Part shown: one piece after another, positions 46,752 through 55,454 of the stretch | Layout: every line of letters starts with the position of its first letter | How positions within the stretch are numbered: position 1 is the first letter of the stretch | NCBI GenBank assembly: GCA_020057885.1 | Contig: JAGVEX010000019.1 | Location: 8,165-72,164, forward strand | Reading direction: 5' to 3' | DNA: 64,000 bases | Origin: a bacterium | Lineage (GTDB): Bacteria; Patescibacteriota; Patescibacteriia; Veblenbacterales; UBA10138 | The notes under the pieces: model-generated | What the model was told of the DNA's origin: nothing | Database searches by the model: none | What the model saw: the letters and a program-made list of their open reading frames with translations, nothing else | Position numbers and translations under genes: made by a program

Positions 46752-47519
46752 TTAAATTCCTAATTCATTTAAAACTTCCTGCGTTAGTGCTTGGTAAGCT
46801 GTGGCGCCTTTAGAATGTGGGTCATAAAGCATAATAGGCTGTCCATAACTTGGTGCTTCAGCTAAACGCACATTACGTGGAATCATTGTTTGAAATAATT
46901 TGTTGGGGAAATGAGTTTTAAGTTCTTGCAAAACAGCGGCTGAAAGTCGGTTGCGGCTATCATACATAGTGATTAAAGCTCCTAAAATTCCCAAATCGGA
47001 TTTAAGATTAGCTTGCACTAAATTTATAGTGTGAAGCAATTGGCCTAACCCTTCTAAAGCATAATATTCAGCCTGCAAGGGTATTAATACTTTATCAGCC
47101 GCTACCAGACCATTAATGGTAAGTAAACCCAAGGATGGAGGACAATCTATTAAGATAATATCATATTCCGGCCGCAAAATCTCTAAAGCTTGTTGTAATT
47201 TAAATTCACGGCCTTCTATATTAACTAATTCCACGGCCGCGCCAGCCAAATCGGCGTGTGCCGGCAAAACCACCAGTCTCTCCACGGCCGTTGATTTTAC
47301 TATATCTGTTACAATTGGTGGCTCTAGTAATACATGATAAACATGTTTGTCAGAATTTTCCAAATGCACTCCCAAACCAGCTGAAGCATTGGCTTGTGGG
47401 TCAATATCAACTAATAATACCTTCCTGCCAAACGCAGCCAAATAGGCTGCCAAATTTACAGCGGTAGTGGTTTTACCAACTCCACCTTTTTGATTAACTA
47501 AAGCAATAATATGTCCCAT
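46752..47519 (-). CDS. parA: Chromosome partitioning ATPase ParA/Soj.
   Basis: The deviant Walker A reads LVNQKGGVGKTTTAVNLAAYLA. Confidence 0.9.
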   Translation of the reverse strand: MGHIIALVNQKGGVGKTTTAVNLAAYLAAFGRKVLLVDIDPQANASAGLGVHLENSDKHVYHVLLEPPIVTDIVKSTAVERLVVLPAHADLAGAAVELVNIEGREFKLQQALEILRPEYDIILIDCPPSLGLLTINGLVAADKVLIPLQAEYYALEGLGQLLHTINLVQANLKSDLGILGALITMYDSRNRLSAAVLQELKTHFPNKLFQTMIPRNVRLAEAPSYGQPIMLYDPHSKGATAYQALTQEVLNELGI

Positions 47520-47714
47520 AGTACTAATTTAGTATACGTTGAGGCTTGCACTTTGACAATTTTTTCAGTTGCTATTATGATAAGTTATGCTTTAATAATT
47601 GCCGAAGTGGGCGAAAAGTGAGTAGGCATAACTTTTCGCGGGTAACAAAAGTTACCCAGGCCGCCACGAGGCACAATTTTTTGCTTGAGGCCAAAGCCGA
47701 GAAATTTAATAATT

Positions 47715-47799
47715 GCCGAAGTGGCGGAATTGGTATACGCACACGACTCAAAATCGTGCGGAGAAATCCATGAGGGTTCGAGTCCCTCCTTCGGCACCA
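47715..47799 (+). tRNA. tRNA-Leu (anticodon CAA), with a long variable arm and encoded CCA.
   Basis: GCCGAAGTGGCGGAATTGGTATACGCACACGACTCAAAATCGTGCGGAGAAATCCATGAGGGTTCGAGTCCCTCCTTCGGCACCA. The acceptor is GCCGAAG/CTTCGGC and the anticodon loop is CTCAAAA. Confidence 0.85.
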
Positions 47800-48013
47800 C
47801 GTAAAGCTCATGCGCTCAAAGCGCATTCGCCACGTGGCGCAGCCATAATCAAATGTTAACCTTAAATCATCTTGGCTTTACGTGCCCCGTGATCCTGCTT
47901 TAGCAGGATTTTACGGGGCAGAAATAACAGCCTTGCTAAAAATGCTTTATTCGGCTATTCTAAGATAGCTTAACGTAAAATATTGCATAGTAAGCAAAGT
48001 TAATTTTACACGA

Positions 48014-48088
48014 CGCGGGGTGGAGAAGTGGCATCTCGCCTGGCTCATAACCAGGAGATCGTGGGTTCGAATCCCACTCCCGCAACCA
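48014..48088 (+). tRNA. Initiator tRNA-fMet (anticodon CAT), with encoded CCA.
   Basis: CGCGGGGTGGAGAAGTGGCATCTCGCCTGGCTCATAACCAGGAGATCGTGGGTTCGAATCCCACTCCCGCAACCA. It has a C1-A72 mismatch and the same 5'-CGCGGGG...CCCGCAACCA-3' ends as E. coli tRNA-fMet. Confidence 0.85.
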
Positions 48089-48149
48089 AGTATTTTCTTC
48101 GGCGCGTGGCTAGACCAGCCGCGCGTCGTATGGTATACAAGCATAGTAT

Positions 48150-48226
48150 GGCAGGGTAGCTCAGTTGGTTAGAGCGAGGGACTCATAAGCCCTAGGTCGT
48201 GGGTTCGATTCCCACCCCTGCTACCA
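48150..48226 (+). tRNA. tRNA with anticodon CAT (elongator Met or lysidine-modified Ile2), with encoded CCA.
   Basis: GGCAGGGTAGCTCAGTTGGTTAGAGCGAGGGACTCATAAGCCCTAGGTCGTGGGTTCGATTCCCACCCCTGCTACCA. The cloverleaf has an A31-G39 mismatch at the base of the anticodon stem. A hairpin and T-run terminator follow it. Confidence 0.8.
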
Positions 48227-48347
48227 GAATAAAAGTATCTCATTTTATGGGGTACTTTTATTCTTTATAATTATAGGTAACCTTAAAAATATTAGTCTCT
48301 AAACATATGCTACTACAAAGTTATCAAATTACTGCTATACTTAATGT

Positions 48348-48719
48348 ATGAAAATACTTTTAAAAATAATTATTGGTTTCTTAGCTGTAGTAGGCGCATT
48401 AACTATTGCCGCCGGCACCTACTTATACATAGCTGACCCTTTTGGGCTCAAAACTTTATTTATGGCGCCAGATCTAAATACAACCAATATAAATGCTAAA
48501 CAGACTGATATTAAAAACTCTACAAACCCATTAATAACGCCAAACCAAGCTGCTGCGCTACAAAAATTAGGTATTGATCCGAGTAAGTTGCCAACCGAAA
48601 TATCACCAGCTAAAGAAGCTTGTTTTGTGGCATCGCTTGGCCAAGCCAGGGTCAATGAGATCAAAGCTGGCGCAGTGCCTACGCCAATGGATCTACTAAA
48701 AGCCAAATCATGTCTATAG
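48348..48719 (+). CDS. Small secreted or membrane-anchored hypothetical protein (123 aa).
   Basis: The signal or TM segment is ILLKIIIGFLAVVGALTIAAGTYLYIA. The only other feature is a single C-terminal Cys pair. Confidence 0.45.
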   Translation: MKILLKIIIGFLAVVGALTIAAGTYLYIADPFGLKTLFMAPDLNTTNINAKQTDIKNSTNPLITPNQAAALQKLGIDPSKLPTEISPAKEACFVASLGQARVNEIKAGAVPTPMDLLKAKSCL

Positions 48720-49025
48720 GATAAATACGTCCTCTCTTCAATAAAACTCCCTAACATCCACTATTACTTTAATTCCAGAGCAAATTAATTATCTGCCCTG
48801 CGTAGCGGTGGCCACCTCTGCTACCATGTGGTAATAAGCGAGGTTAAAGCCTCGCTTATTATATTAGTTAAAGACTTTTTGTTCAGTGCTAACCTAACAC
48901 ATTTACATTCAACAATTGGATATCCCTTTGCTATTAGTTGTAACTATTCAAAGGTTTAAATATTGGGCTTTCCACTTTTCAAGCTAAAATTCGAGCCTAA
49001 ATATTTTTTAGTGTATAATGAAAAT

Positions 49026-49946
49026 ATGGGAATTGAACAAAACTTATCAAATCAAAACAAACAAGAGACTCAAGAAATTATTGAGGATACTAAAAAAGTG
49101 CCTTCGATTGAATTACCTAATACTCAGGAGGTAGAAGTAAGAACTATAATGAAACAATTAGAAAAAGACAAAAAAAATATGGAGGGAGCAAAAGAAACGC
49201 CCGAAGACTTTAGAAAAGCATGTTGTTTATTGTTAGAAGTACTAGAAAAGCAAGAAAAGACTGCAAAAGAAGGATATATTTTTACTTATGGATCTGAAAC
49301 AGAAAAAACAAGTCGTGGTGAAACAATTTTAGTTGATACTTTAAGTTGGTTAGATAGAAATGATGCATTTGATGATATAAAAAAACGATTAGTACTTATT
49401 GCTACAGACCCTACAAATAAAAAAATTATAGGTTTACGATTATCAGATATACAAAAAGGTAGTTTATCTAAAGATGAGGAGGAAGATAATTATATAAACA
49501 ATGAAAATGTTAGGGGGGAAATATTAACTAGATATAGAGGAGAAGGGATTGCTACCGCTGTAGACACAGTATTTATGAGAATATTAACTAAGGTTGCTAA
49601 CGAATATAAACAAAATTATCCTGGTAGTTATCAATTAAATTGGAATGTAGAAAACCAAAATCTTAAAAGAATAGAAGAAAAAAATAATTTAATTAAACCA
49701 ATTACTAAGACTGATATTAAGAATAAAGAAGAACAAAAAAGATGGCAATCATTATATGGAGAGGGTGGTAAGTTTGGATTTAGTAAACTTAATGATTACG
49801 ATTATACAAAAACAATACAGCCTGATATCACTGATGAGTCATTGTCTAAAGATCAATCAATATATTCTAAAAAAAATTTTATGAAACCTGTAGATCTCAA
49901 TAAATTTCAGGAAATAATAGAGTCATTAAAGGAGTTTAATAATTAA
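49026..49946 (+). CDS. AT-rich, K/E-rich hypothetical protein with a central GNAT-acetyltransferase-like motif. The start was chosen at the ATG directly after an extended -10; the longest ORF would start at 48963.
   Basis: GNAT motif-A-like residues read LVLIATDPTNKKIIGLRL...RYRGEGIATAVDTVFMRIL (R-x-x-G-x-A). GC is about 30%. The promoter TGTATAAT lies 7 nt upstream of the ATG. Confidence 0.4.
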   Translation: MGIEQNLSNQNKQETQEIIEDTKKVPSIELPNTQEVEVRTIMKQLEKDKKNMEGAKETPEDFRKACCLLLEVLEKQEKTAKEGYIFTYGSETEKTSRGETILVDTLSWLDRNDAFDDIKKRLVLIATDPTNKKIIGLRLSDIQKGSLSKDEEEDNYINNENVRGEILTRYRGEGIATAVDTVFMRILTKVANEYKQNYPGSYQLNWNVENQNLKRIEEKNNLIKPITKTDIKNKEEQKRWQSLYGEGGKFGFSKLNDYDYTKTIQPDITDESLSKDQSIYSKKNFMKPVDLNKFQEIIESLKEFNN

Positions 49947-50167
49947 AACTAATGATAGTGTAACTAATCTAAGGCTATCTCTTTGAACCACAATTCTGGC
50001 TCTAGCGTCGCCCATTAATCCTTACTAAAATTTTCCTCAAAAATGACTGTCTTTGGAGTCATTTTTGGTTTAGGGAAAAAATCAAATCAGTAAAGCTCCT
50101 CACTTATTATCTAAAATTTGCTATAATAAGAGTATATTTAATCCCTTAAGGAAAGGGGGTGAATCGT

Positions 50168-50440
50168 ATGGCCTGTAAAAATAAGGGCCTACATATGGTC
50201 ACCTGGATTCTACTGGTTATTGGAGGCTTAAATTGGCTATTAGTAGGAGCCCTGCAATGGGAAATCGGCCAACTTTTTGGCGGTATGGATAATTGGTTTT
50301 CCAAACTAATTTACATACTAGTGGGATTGTCGGCTATTTATGAAATATTCTCCCACAAATGTTGTTGTACTTGTTGTGAAAAGTCGGAGAGTAAACCACC
50401 TGCCAATCAAGGCGGACCTGGTATACCACTGAATATTTAA
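50168..50440 (+). CDS. DUF378-family small membrane protein with a Cys-rich tail.
   Basis: The segment WILLVIGGLNWLLVGALQWEIG has the DUF378 signature. The tail reads CCCTCC. An extended -10 TGCTATAAT and RBS AGGAAAGGGGG lie upstream. Confidence 0.55.
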   Translation: MACKNKGLHMVTWILLVIGGLNWLLVGALQWEIGQLFGGMDNWFSKLIYILVGLSAIYEIFSHKCCCTCCEKSESKPPANQGGPGIPLNI

Positions 50441-50534
50441 TTTTTAAATTAAAAAACTCTTGGCAAAAAACTAGGAGTTTTTTAATTAACCTAATATGCT
50501 ACAATATAAAACATAAACAATAATTTAAATAATT

Positions 50535-50993
50535 ATGTATTTAACAGTTCACGGCGCGGCAGCCTTATTTATCGCCCGAGCCATACCCAACCCATTTGTT
50601 TCTTTTGGAGTAGGCCTAGCTTCACATTTTATAATAGATTTAGTGCCTCATGGCGACGAGCATATAATTCCTAGCCACCTTACTAGACCTAAAAAAATAC
50701 GCCGCTTAATGGGCGCCGCACTACTCGACGGCATTATTTTAGCAGGCTTTCTTATACTTTATCTTTGGTTAAATCCAACGCTGTCGCTCAATACCGTATT
50801 AGCTTGCCTAGTTGGCTCGCTTTTACCAGATTTTTTGCAAGGCCTGTATTTTGTTACAGAAGCAGGTTGGCTAAAAATGCTTAACAAATTTCATATTAAA
50901 ATACATAACCTGCCTGGTAGTAAATTAAATTGGAGATTAGGAATGTTAATACAAGTGCTTACTTTTATGGCCTTTTGGTTACTGATTATTTAA
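50535..50993 (+). CDS. Membrane-bound metal-dependent hydrolase-like protein (YdjM/DUF457-like).
   Basis: His-containing TM motifs HFIIDLVPHGDEH are present along with four TM helices. The family assignment is tentative. Confidence 0.4.
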   Translation: MYLTVHGAAALFIARAIPNPFVSFGVGLASHFIIDLVPHGDEHIIPSHLTRPKKIRRLMGAALLDGIILAGFLILYLWLNPTLSLNTVLACLVGSLLPDFLQGLYFVTEAGWLKMLNKFHIKIHNLPGSKLNWRLGMLIQVLTFMAFWLLII

Positions 50994-51130
50994 CTAAAAA
51001 ACAAAAAATACAAACTCACACAAAAGTGTCCACCTGGACACTTTTGTACATCTATGTTTTATATCCCAAAATACCTTAATAAAACCATGGGCGTAAATCC
51101 GTGGAGTTTTATTAAATAAATAAGTTTAAA

Positions 51131-51814
51131 TTACTTTTTCTTATGCCACTGCCTAACCTTCCCAATTTTAATTTCTATGGGATGGGTGGGGCGCAAACTA
51201 GCTATCATAGAACGCGTTAAAATCGACTTATGGGGCATTTTGTCCAAATACCGAGGAATATACCATATATCCTTTTCCGACGTCATCCAGCCCTTTCTAT
51301 CGAAGATTGATAAATCTACCGGCACAGAATAACTACGCAAAGTTTTTTTACCGTCATCTGTAAAATATTCATGAAAAAATGACATAACCAATTCTCGTAT
51401 AGTGCGATAAATTGGTTCGCGATAACGCAACACTGCGTAATTGGTTTTACTCAAAGCGCCCCAATGGCCACGTTGTTTAAAAACAGCTATCACGTGATCA
51501 AAATCATCTCTAGTGGATTTTAAGTCAACCACCAAGGGTTTATAACCGTTAAATCGCAAAGCCACAGCCGCCAGCATGGCTCCCTCCATACAATGCGCCC
51601 GCTTTTCCGCCAAAACACAACGTGGTGAACGACACCTATCACCTCCCTTGCCTACTATGGGAATGGTGTCTAAAAAATCCTGTATTTGCTGTGGGCTACG
51701 CAATTTTTTGAATATTTGTAATTCTACTGCTTTAAAACCAAACATATTATTAGGGTTACCTAAATAGTATAACAAAAACTCCCCCTGACGAGGGGGAGTT
51801 TTTAATTTAATCAC
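51131..51814 (-). CDS. Transglutaminase-like (papain-fold Cys-His-Asp) domain protein.
   Basis: AHCMEGAMLAAVALRFNGYKP...DFDHVIAVFKQRGHWGAL fits the transglutaminase-like C...H...D core. Its start overlaps the cspA stop. Confidence 0.5.
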   Translation of the reverse strand: MIKLKTPPRQGEFLLYYLGNPNNMFGFKAVELQIFKKLRSPQQIQDFLDTIPIVGKGGDRCRSPRCVLAEKRAHCMEGAMLAAVALRFNGYKPLVVDLKSTRDDFDHVIAVFKQRGHWGALSKTNYAVLRYREPIYRTIRELVMSFFHEYFTDDGKKTLRSYSVPVDLSIFDRKGWMTSEKDIWYIPRYLDKMPHKSILTRSMIASLRPTHPIEIKIGKVRQWHKKK

Positions 51815-52011
51815 TAGGCGCGGCGCACATTGATAGCGCGCGGACCTTTGTCAGACTCTTCGGTCTCAAAAGAAACCTTATCGTCAACGTGAAGTTCATT
51901 AAATGAAACTTCAACAAGAGCGGACGAGTGAAAAAACACGTCCTTGTCTGATCCTTCAGGGGTAATGAATCCAAAACCCTTGTCGGTTAGACGCTTGATT
52001 ATTCCGTTCAT
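51814..52011 (-). CDS. cspA: Cold-shock protein (CspA family).
   Basis: GIIKRLTDKGFGFITPEGSDKDVFFHSSAL contains the RNP1 and RNP2 motifs. Confidence 0.9.
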   Translation of the reverse strand: MNGIIKRLTDKGFGFITPEGSDKDVFFHSSALVEVSFNELHVDDKVSFETEESDKGPRAINVRRA

Positions 52012-52187
52012 AGTAAAGTATATAATTACGAATTATCCGCAAATATCAGCCTCTTGGCGGAAATTCGACCTCTCTCCACTCTAGGCGTTTTTTGCAGACC
52101 TAAGATTACCATACTCTAATAAAAATGTAAAGCTAATTTTAAACCTTCTATCAAAAACAAAGCCGAATCCTACAACACCAACATTAA

Positions 52188-54137
52188 TTAAATATTTATA
52201 ATTTCTATATCAACTTTATTGTCATCACCTAAACCATAATAACTAGTCATGGGTTTAGCATAACGCCACATATAATCCAATAATATTATACGCATCCTCC
52301 TTAAAATATTGCGCGGCCTAACAACAAAACGATCCATAGCAACAAGAACTAACCATTTTTCTGGATCGCTTGGAATTTTAATTTTATTCTGACTTTTTAA
52401 TTCACTTAAAATATACCTTATATCTGGCATCTGCATATATCCATAATTAGCCTGAACAGAAATAATAGTACCCACGTTAATATCATTTTGAAAATTAGTA
52501 ATATTATATCTTATAGTCTTCTCAGCGCGAGGACTGTTTAAAAATGTTATGTTTAAAAAAACTATATGTTTAGGAATAGACAATCCCCATTTTGAAAAAA
52601 ATGAATCCAAGGCAACTGGAATGCGATCATCATTATTAATTATTGGCCTAGAGGACATTACAACTACGGAACGCTTTAATAAATTATTTTTATGTTCAGC
52701 TTGCATCTCAACCAATTTTCCAACTGATAACCCTGGCAAAGCTAAATGCGCAGTATGTGATAATATTCTGCCCCAGTCCCAAGTAGACATAATAACAAAT
52801 AATAATATACCAACAATGATTGGGATAAACCCGCCTTGCCAAAACTTTAACATGGTACCAACAAAAAAAGACAAATCAATAATAACTAAAAACGTAAAAA
52901 CAGGAGCAATAATCCACCAGGACCATCGCCAAAGGTGTCGAGTAATTGAATAAAAAACTAAAGTAGTAATAATCATTGTACCTGTAACCGCAATGCCGTA
53001 CGCTGCCGCTAAGCCACCTGAGGTATGAAATATTAAAACTAAAATAATACAGCTGATGGCTAGGGCCACATTAATAAATGGTATGTAGATCTGACCCTCA
53101 ACTTCTGAATTGGTGTGAACAATTCTAATCTTAGGGAATAATCCCAAAGAAACAGCCTGACTTGTCAGTGAATATACGCCAGCTATTAAAGCCTGGCTGG
53201 CGATAATAGTGGCCGCTGTCGCTAAAATAACCACGCCCATAAAAGCCCACTGTGGGGCTAAGGCATAAAAAGTATTATTGCCCGCAATAGTCTCGTTTGA
53301 TAAAAGTAAAGCTCCTTGGCCAAAATAATTAATAATCAGCGCTGGATACACTAAACCTGCCCAAGCCCAAGTAATTGAACGACGATTAAAATGCCCCATA
53401 TCAGCATAAAGTGCCTCACATCCAGTAATACACAATGCTATGGAACTTAAAACAAAAAATGTATACCAGGTGTGTTGATAAATGAATCTAAAAGCAGATA
53501 TTGGATTAATAGCTTGCAGTACCTGAGGATATTTTATAATCTCTGGCAAACCAAGCAATATCAATACTATAAACCATATAATCATAACGGGACCAAATAG
53601 TTTACCAACTTTACCAGTACCTTTCTTTTGGATAGAGAATAAAGCAATCAAAATGGCGATTGTAATTGGAATAACATATTTAGCTAAATTAGGCGATAAA
53701 ACTTCAATACCTTCAACTGCCGATAATACTGAAATAGCTGGGGTAATAACACCATCTCCATAAAGCAAAGTAGCGCCGAATAATACTACAGCTGTGAGGC
53801 TTAGCCCAAAAATTTTTTTAACCTTGCTTTGCCTAAGCAGTGACAATAATGCAAAAATTCCACCCTCGCCATTATTATCAGCCCGCATAATTAAAAATAT
53901 ATATTTAACAGTAACAACAATCATTAATGTCCAAAAAATCAAGGACAAAACTCCTAACACATTTTCTTGATTTCGAACCAAAGGATGAAGACCAAAGAAA
54001 GTTTCTTTCAGAGCATATAAAGGGGAAGTGCCAATGTCGCCAAAAACAATACCTAAGGCACCAACTATCAATGCCAAACTAAAAGTTTTCTTAGTTAAAT
54101 TATTTTTCAAATTCATAAAATAGAAAAGCGTCAACAA
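52188..54137 (-). CDS. kup: Potassium uptake transporter Kup/HAK/KT.
   Basis: The signature FGDIGTSPLYAL is near the N-terminus, followed by about 12 TM helices and a cytoplasmic C-domain. Confidence 0.9.
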   Translation of the reverse strand: MLTLFYFMNLKNNLTKKTFSLALIVGALGIVFGDIGTSPLYALKETFFGLHPLVRNQENVLGVLSLIFWTLMIVVTVKYIFLIMRADNNGEGGIFALLSLLRQSKVKKIFGLSLTAVVLFGATLLYGDGVITPAISVLSAVEGIEVLSPNLAKYVIPITIAILIALFSIQKKGTGKVGKLFGPVMIIWFIVLILLGLPEIIKYPQVLQAINPISAFRFIYQHTWYTFFVLSSIALCITGCEALYADMGHFNRRSITWAWAGLVYPALIINYFGQGALLLSNETIAGNNTFYALAPQWAFMGVVILATAATIIASQALIAGVYSLTSQAVSLGLFPKIRIVHTNSEVEGQIYIPFINVALAISCIILVLIFHTSGGLAAAYGIAVTGTMIITTLVFYSITRHLWRWSWWIIAPVFTFLVIIDLSFFVGTMLKFWQGGFIPIIVGILLFVIMSTWDWGRILSHTAHLALPGLSVGKLVEMQAEHKNNLLKRSVVVMSSRPIINNDDRIPVALDSFFSKWGLSIPKHIVFLNITFLNSPRAEKTIRYNITNFQNDINVGTIISVQANYGYMQMPDIRYILSELKSQNKIKIPSDPEKWLVLVAMDRFVVRPRNILRRMRIILLDYMWRYAKPMTSYYGLGDDNKVDIEIINI

Positions 54138-54426
54138 AATTTACTTAAAAAACCTAACGGCGCACAATAAATTTCATACTTGCTACTAACAAAAACTACT
54201 AATCAAATAACGATCTTGAATATTTTATAATGCTACTCTAATTTCATCAAATAGTCAATGCAACATTTTGTAATTTGTTTACATTAAACATACTAACAAA
54301 GTTAAGCAATAAACTAAAAGCTTTTTCAAAATAATTATAATATGACGTTTTTTTAATGCACTTTTATCATAGTCGATAAATAAAAATTTTTATTTATAAA
54401 AGGCAAATTTATGCTATTATTTACAC

Positions 54427-55425
54427 ATGGAAATATCACACTTGCCTGAAATATTGGCCCTTGAGCCTAAATACCGGGCTAAACAAATACAGCAAGCCCT
54501 ATTTATTGACTTGGTCGCCAGTTGGCAGGCTGCCACTATACTACCCCAAAAATTAAGAACTACCCTCCAGGCCAACTGTCCCATAGATATTAAAGCGGAA
54601 ATAGTTGTAGCTAAAGACAAAAAAACCATTAAAGCCCTGCTGACTTTGGCTGATGAAAAATTGGTCGAAACAGTTTTAATGAAACATCAGGCTGGCCGAA
54701 ATACAGTCTGTATTTCTTGTATGGTAGGGTGTCCTATGCGCTGTGCCTTTTGTGCCACTGGTGAAATGGGTTTGGTACGAAATTTATCCGCCGACGAAAT
54801 GATCGAACAAATACTATTTTTTGCCAGATATCTAAAACCTCAAGGAGCGCGCATTAACAGTGTGGTATTTATGGGTATGGGTGAACCATTTTTAAATTAT
54901 GATAATGTCATACAAGCCATACGCTTGATACAAAGCCCAAATGGTTTAAATGTTGGGGCTCGGCATATTTCTGTTTCTACCTGCGGAATTTTAAATGGCA
55001 TAAAAAAATTAGCCCAGGAGAAATTACCAATTAATTTGGCTATTTCCTTGCACGCGCCCACTGATGAAGTACGCCAACAATTAATGCCGATAGCCAAAAC
55101 TTACCCTATAAAAAAACTACTGACCGAAGTTGATTATTATATTACTCAGACCAACCGCAAAGTAATGTTTGAATACCTAATGATTAAAGGTGTGAATGAT
55201 TCAGTTAAACATGCCCAAGCGCTGGCCGCGCTTATGAAAAACAGATTATGTGTTGTAAACCTTATTCAATACAACCCAACTAATAAATTTATTCCTTCCC
55301 CTTATAAACAAATGAATTATTTTAAAAGTATTCTGGAAAAAGAAGGGGTAAATACAACTATGCGCTACAAATTTGGCCAAGATATTAAAGGTGCTTGTGG
55401 CCAGTTGGCCACCAAGAAAAACTAA
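54427..55425 (+). CDS. rlmN: 23S rRNA/tRNA m2A methyltransferase RlmN (radical SAM).
   Basis: The radical-SAM cluster motif is GCPMRCAFCATG. The GMGEPFLNYDNV motif and a C-terminal catalytic Cys are also present. Confidence 0.85.
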   Translation: MEISHLPEILALEPKYRAKQIQQALFIDLVASWQAATILPQKLRTTLQANCPIDIKAEIVVAKDKKTIKALLTLADEKLVETVLMKHQAGRNTVCISCMVGCPMRCAFCATGEMGLVRNLSADEMIEQILFFARYLKPQGARINSVVFMGMGEPFLNYDNVIQAIRLIQSPNGLNVGARHISVSTCGILNGIKKLAQEKLPINLAISLHAPTDEVRQQLMPIAKTYPIKKLLTEVDYYITQTNRKVMFEYLMIKGVNDSVKHAQALAALMKNRLCVVNLIQYNPTNKFIPSPYKQMNYFKSILEKEGVNTTMRYKFGQDIKGACGQLATKKN

Positions 55426-55454
55426 TTGCCTCATATAAAAATGTATACAAAACT

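Noticed and set aside
47546-47826. Small ORFs (75-83 aa) overlapping the tRNA-Leu region.
   Set aside because: The region is occupied by a tRNA gene and a structured leader. These ORFs simply read through tRNA sequence.
54138-54426. Considered a c-di-AMP (ydaO/kimA) riboswitch in the 289-bp region upstream of kup.
   Set aside because: The region is extremely AT-rich and lacks the GC-rich pseudo-symmetric helices and conserved ACGG/CCGA elements of ydaO. It is more likely just divergent promoters for kup and rlmN.
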